A stretch of 64,000 nt of DNA from Vicugna vicugna (taxonomy: Eukaryota). The stretch covers positions 751,418 to 815,417 of the forward strand of contig MU058257.1 in assembly GCA_013265495.1 (NCBI GenBank), written 5' to 3'. A program made the translations under genes and the position numbers. How positions within the stretch are numbered: position 1 is the first letter of the stretch; each line of letters begins with the position of its first letter. The notes below the pieces were generated by a model. It was not told where the DNA came from. It did no database searches and worked only from the letters and a program-made list of their open reading frames with translations. Positions 1 through 13,120 of the stretch are shown one piece after another.

Positions 1-3000
1 GAACAGAATCAGCCAGAAACACCCCCAGAGAACTCGGGGTGAGGCAGTGACACTGGGGAGCCAGAAGGAGCGTGGAAACTAGCTGTGGTGGCCGGCGGGC
101 TGCCGGCGCAGGGCTGGCTGTGCGCCTGCTCCTTCTCTGCCTCTTCCTCTCAGGTTGACACTTTCCATGCTGACCCACAGCTTTAAGAAATACTCAGCTG
201 GGTTCATGTCCCAGTGGAGTTGCCAAAAAAATAGAAGGAAACACTGCGCACTCTGTGGTGAGAGAGGTGTGAGCCAGGGGAGCAGCTGAAACTCCTCACT
301 GTCCGGGGCCGCCTCAGTCTCTCTCGTCTCCAGGACAGCATCTTTCTGTGGTCGCTCTAAGACACAGGGCTTGGTTTTCACCTGGTGACATGGACACACA
401 TATTGACACCATTCTGCACCCCGTGTTGCCCTCTCTAATGGAGTTCACATTTATGCATCTTCCCCAGCAAGTCTGCTGTGAAGTTAACCTGTGCATTTAT
501 TGGGGTTGCCAGCTGGAACGGAAGAAGACTCTAAATTATTGGTGTTAAATTTATGGAAAGGTGGTTTGGACGTGAGCCCAGATATGAATATACAACAGAC
601 AGGGTTTACAGAGTTGTGACACAGAGTCCCAAGAGTTGTGAGAATGTCAGAAAATACTCAGCAATTCGGACATATGCCTACAAGGTTAATACTTTTTATG
701 CCTCTAACTCCAAAACTGATTACGGAGACGACTGCGAAACAGAGAGAAAAGCTTTCAGTCGAGCCACACCTCCGCATACTTTTGGAGATTTAGCTAAAGC
801 TACTCACTCAGAGAAATGCTAGGCTTTTCAAAGTCGAGGCTTTTGGAGGAAAGCTGTAAGTTTGACTCCAGTGCCCGGGAAAATGAAGGGTTTACCATGG
901 AAATGAGAATAAGTGTGAATTGCTATAGTCTGGTTAAGTTAGAGCCTTTCCTGGGACACTGACGTGGCTCCTCCGCACTGGGTGAGCACACCGGCCAGTT
1001 CCACTCAGCAAATACTAATTGTGCAGCTGCTACAGGTGAGGCTCCAGGCGAGGCTCTGCAGGGCCGGGAGCCGCCGGCGGCCTCTGCTTTCGAGCACCTG
1101 ACCAGCTAGCTGGGGGAACAGCAACGAAGTATTAATGATCATGACAAAATATGGATGAACGTAAAGAACGTGAATGACGTATAAACACAGCTCTGGGGGC
1201 TTCCGAGGGCAGAGAGAAAGGCCATATTTCACTGCTAGTTGGTGACCAGGTGTGGCTCTGCCAAGCACTTGTCACTGCAGATGGAGCCAGATGATGGTAC
1301 CACTTTGATAGGGAGCCGGGTATGTGGAGGGCACTCACCCCTCACACATCTGTTAAGGAGACGCCCCGGGAAGCAGGGTGAGTCTGAAGAGCTCCACAGT
1401 GGCCATTTGGGTTGAATACACAAGGGAACCACAGGAGAAAGACCAGAGAGGCAGGTGGGAGCTACATGGTTTAATTTTGAGTTCAACTGAACGCATATTT
1501 AGAGGCTAAGCATCACAGAGGAAGCAAGGGGAAAACGGGGGGCTCTCGATGCTCCTAAGCAGGGCAGAGGATGGGGACAGCCCCCTTAATGAGGCACAGC
1601 TCTAGGGATAGGTCCACAGGTGTCAGAACGTGAGCGGTAACAGGAGAAACAGAACAGAATAGATGACCGTGAAGGATCGTGGAGACACGTGATTTAGAGG
1701 CCTTCAACTGGCTATTTGGGGCACAAAGAGGAATCAGGAGACGCCCCAGAGTCTCAAATGTGCATAAGCAGAAAAGGGAAGGATCAATACGAGGAAGAAA
1801 AGGAGGGAGAGAAATTATCGGTGAGGGAAGATGTCGACTCGGATGGTCGGTTGGGGTGATGGTCTATCATCCCGGCAGTCGGCATCATCCGGGAAGACTC
1901 TGCAAGTTTAATTCCAAGGCTTTGGCCAAATCGAGTTGGACAGAAATGTGGGAATAATCTGAGCTGAGTGGCTCAAAAAGGCAATTCAGGGAGAAGACAT
2001 TTGGGGCCACAGCCAAATGTTGGCCAAGGCCTCTCCTGGAATGCTGGAGGGGAAGAGGATCAGGCCAAGAAGGGAAATGGCCAGAGAAGTGGCGATGAAA
2101 CCAAGATGGCACAGCACGATGAGACGCAGGAGAGAAGACAGCTCCCAGGCTGTGGACCAACCAAAGGTTGAAGCGAGGAAAGGCCAGCACTTTGGGGCAA
2201 GCAGTTCAGTCAACTGGACGGGACAGGAATTAGGCTGAGAAGGGTTAAAGGAGCAGCTGGTGTTCTGGGGTGTAGACACCGTGTTCAAAGCCCTTAGCAG
2301 TAATAGGAAAGGGAGGGAGAGGTGAAAGTTTTGTTTGAAGGGTAACAAGTCCAAGGAGGGTTTCTTTCACTCATGAGTGGAAAGTCCTACAGAATCTATG
2401 TGACCCCAGAGGCCCACGTGGCCCCAAGAGAAGGAAAAGCCAGCACCTTCAGCTGAAGCTCCCAGCCCCACGCAGCTGTGGGCATTGAAAGGGAAGCAGG
2501 GCTGGGAGGACTCTGGGAGGCTGCAGACATAAATGTATACGAAAAGGCCCTTTTCCAGGGCGAGGTGGTGAGAAGGAACTGAAATGGTAATCCCTTCTCA
2601 GCCACTGCCCCGAGGGCCTTCCTGCAAACGTGCTTTTTTCATCAAGGCCACTGAGAACCCTCCACCACTGGGGAACCTGTCATGACCAAAAGAGGAGGGA
2701 GGACACATCCGGGCCAAAGGGCCCCAGGCTGCTAGAGATGGGCGGGGGGAGTGGGAGGGACCATCAACCTGAAAACACTTATTTTCCCAGCTGCTTCTCC
2801 CTATGAATTTATAACACAAAATCCATACAGTGTCCGCTTTCTCGGACACAAATATGATGGCCCTGGTTGGCTTCACTGACGGGAAGACCAGACATCCCCA
2901 GTAAGCGCCACCAGGATTCGGGCTCCCGCCTTAAAACCTGGCCTGGCTACCATCTGACTGGACTCAGGCGTGCCGGGAAAAGTAAAGACTCAACAAAAAA

Positions 3001-3149
3001 AAGTCATTCATGTTATGATCAAGTTTGTGACACTGAGACAGCATCTTCCCTGAATTTTCCAGAAACTCCACCCGTCTAGATTTTTGGAAGACTGCAATTA
3101 CAACACACTTCCCCAGCCAGCTTATTACAGCAACATCCACAAATTCTGG

Positions 3150-3276
3150 GGTTAGGGGAGGGGAGAGTCTAGCCCAGCGGCAGAGCACGTGCTCAGCATG
3201 CACGAGGTCCTGGGTCAGCCCCCAGTCCCTCCTCCATTAAAACAAACAAACGAAAAAACAAAACGACAAAAAAAGA
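3150..3276 (+). mobile_element. tRNA-derived SINE (camelid type)
   Basis: Degenerate A/B-box head, A-rich tail, flanking direct repeat AAATTCTGG. Confidence 0.8.
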
Positions 3277-6200
3277 AATTCTGGCTGCCTGGATACGCCC
3301 CGAGCACAAGACAGTGTCCCCGCAGCGGCCGTGTGCAGGGCTCCTGAGATATTTATAAGTGCCTCCTCCCAAGGATGGAGATGTTATTGTTTACGGTCTG
3401 AACTTATTTTAAGGAACAAAGCCCGCGGACGCACTTCCTGTTAGAGGGGGACCTGGGCTCTCTTTAACGTCTTTCTCTCGCATCCCAGAGCTGCTTCCAC
3501 CTCCATTATCTCATCCACACTGTGCCGCTGAGACTGAGGCTGAAGAAGGCAGGCATTTGGTTTTCTTCAGAAAGAGAAGGAAAAAGATGAACTGAAGCTG
3601 CATCTGGGTTGACACCGATCCTTGGGGTGTCACGTCTTCCTGAGCCCCACTGGATCCCCCTGTGGAAAGCGCAGTGTTAGGGATGCCCTGACCCAGCCGG
3701 GCAGGGGAGGTGACCCAGCCCGATGGCCTGTGTCCTCTCACGGACGGGAATGAGTGGCAGAGCGGCAATCAGGACCCACGTCCCTATGCTCCGCAGAACA
3801 CTTGTCACAGGGAGCCGCTAACATGGTCCCCTGACGATCAGAAATCCCCAGCTCGTGTTAATGAACCAGCCCGTCCATCAGGGATGATTCAAGATACAGA
3901 CGGAAGTGAGGCTGTGTCTTCAAGGACTCAACCAGCAGAGCCTCACAGTGATTCCACAGCGTCCCCAGCCAGGGACAGAGAAATTGGCACCGGAATAAAC
4001 GGTGAGGAAGAGGCAAGACTTTTTTGTTGGAAAAAAATTTCAATCAGTGCGAAGGAAGCCCCACCCTTAGCTTAGCACTGAAAAACTGAAGTGATGGGCC
4101 ACCCCGTGTAGATGCTACAAAGACAGGTTTGGTGATATTTTGGCTCCAGTGGGGCCAACATCATAGAAGAGAGGTGGGCTGTGTGTGCCAAAGAGCCTGG
4201 CCCTACTCTCTGTCACTGTCCAGACAAGCTCCTGGGGACCAGAAGCTCCAAAATGCACATTCTGATGCCTCTGATAAGGGGGGTGGGGGTGGGGAAGGGG
4301 GAATCCAGCCAGATGCCCTGCAATGCAGCCACCACCTCTGTATCCAGGGAGCGGCCACCCAAAGGGAAGACACACTGTCACCTACAGTCACCAACCAGTT
4401 ACAGGACAAAGAAGGGACCTGAGCAGACCGGTTTGAGAACAGAGGTGCAGACAGAGGTGCAGACAGACTCAGATGAATGGCGATGTGTTATTTACATCGG
4501 TTGTCATTTTTTCGAAAGAGTGGCTCCAGAAATGTGCACCTTCACACATCACAATCGCCTTTTCTGTGACCATATCTGCTAACAAATGCCCACTTCCTCA
4601 AGTTCCCCAGGATGGGCACGCAGGTGTGACCGAGAGGAAGGGAGAACAGAGGTCTCAGTCAGCCAGGTGTTTCTACACCCTAGAGACCACATAATCTTGA
4701 ATCAGACCCAGTCACATGTGCTGCCACCAAGTTTGTGGGGCTCTGTGTCCTTAAAGGGCATGCTCTTTTGGTTTTTAAATTTGGAAATTTAGTGCTTCTA
4801 ATTTTTCAAAGCCACGTAGCCAGGACTAAGATTTTGACCACATCCCAATTTTTCCCATGCCATTTCACAGACTGCCTGTATCTCACCCAATGGCTGCCCC
4901 GCTCACAGCACCCGCTGGCTGGAGGGTCAGACAGGGAGCTGGAATCGGGACTGCACTGACTGGCCTTTGCCACCTCTGGCTGTCCCACAGAAATTTAAGA
5001 ACGTGAACGGGGAGACGTGGAGTGTCCTCTTTCAGACGGGACTGGCAGTGCTCGCCAGTGACACTCCAATCTCTCCGGAGCAACGAGCTATCACCTCCAA
5101 TCTGGTTGGCTGCTGGCTCCAGTATCTGACCAGATAAAAACAACACACTCTGGAGCATCTGTTTCTTCTCAAAAAACACTCTTCTGTTTCTCACAGGAAC
5201 CCCGTGCCTCGAGCAAACATTCTCTCTTTAACTCTTGAGACACCGTGGCCAACACAAGTACAGACATTTTACACACAGGGGAGCCGTGGGAAAGGAAGAC
5301 TTTCCTGCTGTTTGCCTGAGGTTGAGCAGATGAGCGGTGCCTGGAAGAGAAGCCAGGCTTCTTCCTCCTGGGCTGGCGAGGACCTGGCACCTGCCAGGAT
5401 CTGGTGCTCAACGTTTGTCCCTTGAACCAACCGTGTACGTGGAAACTTGGTGCTGGCTGGTTACTAGGCTTCCAATAAATATTGTATGTATATGTGCCTT
5501 GTGCTTTCAGACTCCGTCAACCAAAGGAACCAGAATTTAGATATCCACCCACCCCAACCGCCCTCCTTAGGATTTCATTGCTGAGTTAAGGCAAGTTAAC
5601 TTGGTGGAAAAATCACCACTGGGTGGGCAGCTTCTGTGTACAGTTTTTACTCGCGCTTCACTTGACCCGAACCCAGAGTTTCAAAATTAAGTCTTTCCTT
5701 AGAATGAGCCGCTCTGGAGTCAAACTTTATTGTGTTTCACAGAAGAACATGGCCACTGAATAAAAACGAATCTGGCAGTATGTTATCAGAATGGGGACTT
5801 CCGAAAGGCACACCCCAAGCACCTTCACTCACAAAGATGGAAAGCTCTTTGATGCAGCAGCTGAGCCTTTGGGCACAGTTAGTTTACCTTTTCTAAGCCT
5901 CTGTGTTACCATCTGCAAAATGGGGCAATAGGAAGACTGAGTGAGATCAAGTGAGAGAAAACACGGAGTGCTTAGTGAGCACAGGGGGGACCAGAGAGTG
6001 AGGACCTGACACTCTAAACACCCTATTGATTATTTAAATTAGAGGAGAAAAAACATCTTGACCGTAAGGAAGATAGAGGACGTGCACAAGACAGACCTGG
6101 GCTTGAGGAGGAGAAAAACCATGTGATGAAGCAATTGAGTGGACGGAAGCCAAAAGTTTTTTTTTTTTTTTTCCTCTCCACTCTTCTGCAGAATTGAGCA

Positions 6201-8155
6201 GAATTCTGAACGAGCACACTGAAAGGAGCTCACTTTCTAAGCTATCCGGAAAGACTGCATGACTTCAGCCATAAACCAGCATAATGTGTTTGGCGTGTGT
6301 CACAGCCCATTTGAGAGCTACCCCGACCTTCTGCCATCCTAACTGACCTGGATACTGGACACAGCATCATCAACCCGGGGAAAGCAGCAAAGATCTCTGG
6401 AGGTGCGACATCCTGCCAAGTCATCTACTCCTCCAATCAGGACTGATTACAAACACCCAATTAAGAGGCATTTGGAACCTGATCTGAACACTAATCTCGC
6501 CTCTTGTTCTTCTTGGAGGCTTAATGATCAGCGTTGGTGAATATGACAAGGACAATCAGTTCAGTTCATTTTGTAGCCTCCCTCCCATGCACGCGTGCAC
6601 ATGTATGTGTTTGTGTGTGTGTTCCTGGTCGAGTGTGTCAGCACGTGTGCAAGGATCGTGTTTTATGCTGGAAGGAAGGGAGCTGAGAAGACGCACGCCG
6701 GCAGCCGGCATAAGTCCCACTTGGATCAGTTTTGAAGTGCCTCCTCCCCAAAGGGAAATCTGGTTGGAAATGCCCCGCCTGTGTTGATTCAACTGGATAA
6801 GATTTCAACTCGTCGTCTCTTTCGGCTTCTCACCAAGGTTGCTGCTCCCCAATTATAGAAACACCCAACACACAGCCACCTTGTAAATGAGAATCAAATG
6901 GGATTGCTTATAGGAAGGAATGAAAAAGGGAATGAACTGTATGAAACACTGGGGTTCTGTTGAACTTAAATCAGCACTAATGGGGGCAAAAATCGAAAGG
7001 AAGAAAGTAGATAATCATCTGTCTGAGCGGCAAGCAGGGATGCTACAGGTGGCGGCAGCAACCTTGACTTCCGCTGTTCTGAGAAGAGTACATTTTTACC
7101 CACTCAGCCATTTTTTAAATTGAATTTTAGCTTGATGGTGGTGTCTCTCACATCGTCCATACTGGGAAGTTACTGCAGATTGAAATTAAAGGATGAGGGA
7201 AAAGAAAGCAAAGGAAGATTGCTCAGGATCTGCCTTGCACAGAGAGTGGGCTCCAGACCCCAAACTTTATTTTAACATAATCGCAGTCAAAGCAATAAAT
7301 ACCAGATATTTCTGCAGGAGTCACTGACAAAAATCAGAAAATGCTTCATTAGGACTCTGATTTTTGATGAGAAAAGGAAGAGTATGCATTTTTCTGTCTC
7401 CATTCCAAAGAGTTTGGTTATCTTCAAAGATCTATAGACTTCTAAGACTGATTTTGAAATTTAAAAGAATTTGTATTACAAGTCACGATGGCAGCTGTCC
7501 TTGGGGCGAAAGGTTAGAGACTGGAGGCGGAGGTGAGGGGGCCTCTTCCTGGGAAGCTGGAAATGTCTGCTCTGCACTGGTGACGTGGACATAACCACGG
7601 AACCAAATTCTACACTTTGTAAAATTGTATCAAACATTACACTGACTTGGTGTATTTTTCTAAATATAGATCATAATTTAATAGACTTCTAGATTTCATG
7701 TAAAAAAGAGAAGTATTTTGGCATAAAATCCCCACTGTTTCCGTAAAACAAAGTCTTTGTTTGCTTTGGTTTAGGTGATGCTCTAAAACCCAAGACTAGG
7801 ACAGAGGGACACTCTCGCCTCAGGTACCAAAAACTCACATATCAAGATAAGTAACATTTGAATGCAATTTAAAAATATATATAAATTAATGCAAAAATCC
7901 ATGCTGAACAAGTAAGTAAAGATCAACAAAAGATATTACTAGAGAAACTAAAAATGAATCTTATATCCCCCAAATTGCCTACAAAAGACGAAATGCCCAT
8001 TGTGTAATTAATTACACTTCCAGGAATAATCAGATTTGAGAAACCAAGGGCAGATTAGTTTTCATTCAGTGAGCTTATAGTCTATGAACATAAATGAAAC
8101 GAGTAGGGTTTCAAAGTATGGAACAACTTAGGTCACTTTAAAAGTAGCATTAAAT

Positions 8156-8260
8156 GGGGTGAGGATATAGCTCAGTGGTAGATTGCCTGCTTAGCATGTG
8201 TGAGGTCCTCGGTTCAATCCCCAGTACCTCCATTTAAAAAAGAAAAAAAGAAAAAAAAAA
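8156..8260 (+). mobile_element. tRNA-derived SINE (camelid type)
   Basis: TAGCTCAGTGGTAGA A box, GGTTCAATCCC B box, poly-A tail. Confidence 0.88.
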
Positions 8261-10959
8261 GATGCAATGTGTGATTTATTCCAACAAAATCCCCAAACTT
8301 GAGTTTCACCTCTATTTAATTACAATTTTATGGTGATTAAACTTCCTATGAAGTTACCAGAGTGAAATCTTCCATTGATTGGGTGGAATTAGGACAAAGA
8401 CATGTATTTATTGGTTCGCCCACAAAGAAGAGACCACAAATCTAAATTAGGGACTGAAAAGCATCTCTGTGATGTCAGCTGTGTGTCCTGCTGAAACCCT
8501 ACCGCGCAGCCCTGACCAATCAGGCAGCAGAGTCAGGAACGCGTCACTCAGCCCACACGTCTCCCCCCATCACCACCACCTTTCTAGACTCTCTTTCTGG
8601 AGCTTCACATTCATTTTCTTCATGTTTTTAACCCAACGTCTGTGAAATTTTTATTGCTCCCCTGATGACGACATCCGATCTGAATGTAACCACACACCTC
8701 TCTGCACAGCGGTGTTTGTCACAAACCATTATAAATTATCATGCTGATAGTTTGCACTGCTGGGAAACCAGAAAAGCTCCATAAATTCTAACTACTGTAT
8801 CGATGACATTCTTGTTTATTATGCTCTAGATATAAAGTTTTATAAGATTCAAGATGGCAGCCTCACCACTGAAGGAAACCCAGTGGAGTAAGACCCAAGC
8901 AGCACAATGGGAATGCGGAAACCACCCTCACCGCGCAGGGAGCACTGCTCTCGGACAAGTGCTTGGCAGGCTGCTCTTCTCTCTTTTCTGCTTTGACCCT
9001 TCACCCACATGGAGGAGACGGCTGGTGCAAAACAGAGAAATCACATTCCTGCTTCCCCCTCGACAGCCTCTCCTGCACTCAGAACATCCTGTAGCCACCT
9101 GTAGCTGCCTCTTATATCAACATCACAACACCAACCAGGCAGTATGTTTAGCTAGACATCTCAGCACAACGCTGGCCCACAGATGGACGCTCTAAGGCTC
9201 CACTGACTGATTGATACCACACCTTTGTTCAGTGAAAAATTTCAGGGCATTATATTATGTTTTTAATGCTTATTTGTAATGAGACCTGATTCAGGGCTGG
9301 CATAAATAGACACTGTTGATTTTAAAGCTATCAGGCTCAACTTGCACGTTCATATAACTTAGGGAAATATCCACCATCAAAAGCTTTCTGTCAGGTTAGC
9401 ACCGCTTACTCCTGCACTGGGCCAGTCTTGGTGTTATTCACATGAAACATTGTGACTGTGCATTTTATTGTATGGCTAAAATTATAAAAAGATATTTTAA
9501 TGAAATAAATAATAAAATGTAAATAAAAATGATTTTTTCCTACCACAATTTACCTATTTAATTACTTATTCATGCCTACACTCTCAGAAAAAATTGTTTA
9601 CTTGGGTCTCTGGGATGTTTTTCAATAAACAAATGTGTGAAGGAGTCGATCTCTTGAGTTTTCACACTGTGGAAGTTGACTACACAAATGCTGACAGTTT
9701 CAAGAGAAGATTCAGGGTGAATTCTATGCAGATTGTCCCATTATTAGGTGAATATATTTAGTTTGACATATGCTTCATTTCATATGTCCAAATGTTCCAA
9801 CAATCACCAAGTTGTTAAAGATACCATAATAATGATAATTTCTTTTGAGAAGACCTCTTCACTTTTCAGAGGGCTTTCCTATCTGCTACCCTATTTTATC
9901 TTACTTATGACACTGGCACAGGAAGTGCTTTTTACTGTCATTAGACAGATAATAAAGATGTTAACATCTCAAATAAAACAAACAGCTTATTCTTAACAGA
10001 AATGATAACTAACAGTGTACTGGTTCTCTGAATGTGACGTATCATATCAAATACGTTTTTGGAAGTAGCCTAATATAAATTACACACAAAAAAACCCATC
10101 CCACCAAAAGCCAAAGGTCTTTACTTTTGCACACCCAACAACTTATGAAGTCAATGAACCGATACCTAAGGAGTTTCTAGTGTTTTCCTTTTTTTTGCTT
10201 TTTGTTTTTTTTCTAGGCAATTCTAACCCCCTGTAGATGTTAAAGCTGTGGTTTCTTCTCACAACCTTTACAAAACGAAATAAGAATCGTGCCACCTTTG
10301 GAGAATGTTCAACCGCAACCTTCAACAGTGGCAGACACAACAGAGTTGTGTGGACCAGTCAGGAAAGATTAGTGACAGCAGTGTTGATCTTCCAATATCA
10401 TTTTTGGTATTTTCATTGATCAAACGATCAGGTAGCCAACACTTGAAAACATGGCATGAAGACATTTTCCAGGGCCATAATCTCCACTGACTACATGAGC
10501 TAAATATATCCGCCTTCAAGGAGAACAAATCCTACTACAATTAAAAAATACCTTACTCTGCATTATTAAAAACCAAAACCAAAAACTCACCATTATCGTT
10601 ACAGAAACAATCTTTTGGACCATGTCATTTTCTTGAATACCTTGTTAATATCACTAGTGAGGTCTTTCCCTCTGAATTGTAATTATCCTTTTCTTTTCTT
10701 ATCATCTTTAAAAAACAACACTTAACAAAAAAGTTGCTTCCTCCATCCTACCATACTCTACTTCATATCAGGATGTGTCAGAAAATTATTGAAGGGTTGC
10801 TGTGTATCAGACACTTGTGAACACTTTACACACAGTAACTCATGCAATCAGCTTCTCCTTCTCACCCTCCTGTGCAGCTGGGCGCTAGAAACGCTCACAC
10901 CAGCTCACACCGACCAAACATGCACGTGTTTTTGCAAGTCTGTGCACAATGACATTACG

Positions 10960-11083
10960 TGGGTAGCTTGAAATTAGCCGTGGTAGGAATATTTACACTA
11001 CAGAAATTGGCAAACATTACAGATCAGCACTTTATCTATCCCTCCCGACTTCCAGTGGTTAAGCATTGACCAGCACACCACTG
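10960..11083. mobile_element. hAT DNA-transposon remnant (MER63-like)
   Basis: GGAATATTTACAC...GAAATTGGCAAAC...ACCAGCACACCACTG terminal pattern, recognised from memory. Confidence 0.5.
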
Positions 11084-12897
11084 CTAACAACTACTGACTA
11101 TTCTGAATTCTTTAACTGTTATATTACATAGACACATGCAAGGTCAAGACTTTCAGATCAGGAATTATTAGTAAGCATGAGTTTACTGAACGCTAACAGC
11201 ACCTTATTTTGAAGAATAATGTTATTGCTTGAGTACATTTTACCAGAGTTCCTTAAAATAGCTCTTACAGCATTTAAGTATTGTCAAAAAGCAAAAAATA
11301 AAACAGAATAAAATACAATGAAATAGAAAACAAGTCTCCAGGCTGTCTAGGTGACTGACATTGTAAAAACCGCCATACAGAATATTGGCCAAAAAAAAAA
11401 AAAAAAAAAAAAGAATGAATTCCCTGTTTCCAAGCAGTTACTGGAGCACTCTATTAATGGCAACTTTCACACAAGATTAAAAAGTCAATATAATACCCTG
11501 AAGCACTTCTGAATCACAGAACAAAGATTAAATTGAAATCGGCATGATTTCACTGGCGCAGTAGTGTATGCTGATTATGTGGAAATTGATCAACAGTATA
11601 TAATTGTATGCTAATTCTCTAAGCACCAGATGTTCAATTAACCAGATGACCTCATTTCACTAACCCTGAAAAAACTAGTTTCCCCCACCAACCCGACAGG
11701 TTCTCGAGGACTTCCTTCAGGTGGGAACATTTTCATACTATTCTGTTCTTCTCTAAAAGGGTTATGTGTTTGCAAAGAAAATATTTTAAATAATGAATCC
11801 GCCTGCAGGATAATGTTTATATCCTACAGACATTGTACACAATTACATCTAACTGACCCATTTTAGAACTTGGGTGAACAGATCAGATCAGTCCCTGAGA
11901 AGCACTTTAGAAGTAGGGTTTAAGCAGACGATTTTCCTTTGCTAAAACTATTTTAATACCTAGCTGTCACTAAAGATCAACACTCAGATTCAGGTCTCTG
12001 TAGAATACATCCCGGGCAGCGTGCACAGAATGGAATGAAGTGGACAAGACAGAGACAGGTGGTCTGCTGGATGTCCAGGGAAAAGAGCCACTCTGGATCG
12101 GAGTGGACTGCTGCCCACGATCTTAAAACACACTTCCCAACGGTGGAAAGCAAAACCCTCACACCAGGGCTTTCATGAAAAGTGATCATTTTAAGTGTAA
12201 TTTAGACTGTCTCTCTCATGAGAATGTTTTCATAATAATGAAACCTGCATAAATTGATGCTTGAGTCACTTAACCACAGGAGACAGGAAGACTAAACCAC
12301 ATGAATAAAACACGGATTCATATTCCAGTGCCATGATATTCACTGTGCATGAACTTTTTTTTAGCATTTCCACAAGAGATTTTAATCTACTAATAGACAT
12401 TAATCTATTAGATCTATTAATGTCTACTAACAGACATTAACTTACTCTAAAAATCCCTCATCAAACTTGCCCTATATTCCTTGCTTCTTTTCAATGACAC
12501 TTGGCTTTGGTCATGTCAAACTCAACAAGACAAATACAGTTCTTAAGTCATAAAACGCACCCCAGATTTGCTAAAATAAACAAAACCCCACCAACCTCAC
12601 CGTCTGCCAATGCAATTTATGTTAGTGACCCACGATATTTCATAAAAACTCAAGTGAGAGTTTGGGTTTCTAATTCTTTGCCTTCCCAGGAGAAAAAGAA
12701 ACCCATATACAGGTTTCCTAACCAAAGAGTTCCAAACCCAAAAGTGTCCACAGGAAAAAGCACATGAGAGATTACGCATTTAAATATAATCTCCCTGGTT
12801 TGGGGAACTCAGAAATCACTTAACATAATTTAATTTGCACACCATCGGCACATGATCTGGCCTCCCGGATGGCTCCCGCTTTCCCCATAGACACGTG

Positions 12898-12916
12898 CGC
12901 CCACTAGGTGGTGCTG
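12898..12916 (+). promoter_or_regulatory. Candidate CTCF site
   Basis: CGCCCACTAGGTGGTGCTG closely matches the CTCF core CCASYAGRKGGCRS. Confidence 0.55.
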
Positions 12917-12945
12917 TGGCCCCCTGTTCAAACATCCGCACTTAC

Positions 12946-13120
12946 TTGCAGTCCCTGTCCTCCAGATCAAAGTGAGGGTTGAAGTTGATCATAATTCTCT
13001 GATATGGGTCCGGAGCCTGAATCAGCCATTCACACTTTTCACTTGGGTGGTAAGAATTAGGATAACCAGGAGATGTCAGGTAGCCGGGGCTTTCAATTTT
13101 TATAGTATCGCCACATTTAT
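12946..13120 (-). CDS. NRP1: Neuropilin-1 coding exon 2 (175 nt, first part of the CUB a1 domain)
   Basis: Acceptor ttattgcag| and donor AA|GTAAGT. Translates (D)KCGDTIKIESPGYLTSPGYPNSYHPSEKCEWLIQAPDPYQRIMINFNPHFDLEDRDCK. Phase is compatible with exon 1. Confidence 0.98.

Larger units (their letters stand above)
1..12945 (-). other. NRP1: NRP1 intron 2 (partial; exon 3 lies beyond the window start)
   Basis: Follows the exon 2 donor. No sequence encoding the expected continuation (YDYVEV...) was recognised in 1-12945. Confidence 0.8.

Noticed and set aside
79..399. 106-aa minus-strand ORF in intron 2, as a possible NRP1 exon 3
   Set aside because: No similarity to the expected CUB continuation and no supporting splice signals.
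8156..8240. tRNA-like sequences with A and B boxes (also near 3150, 21906, 22438, 34647, 50158)
   Set aside because: They have A-rich tails, some have TSDs, and the copies are mutually diverged: SINEs, not tRNA genes.
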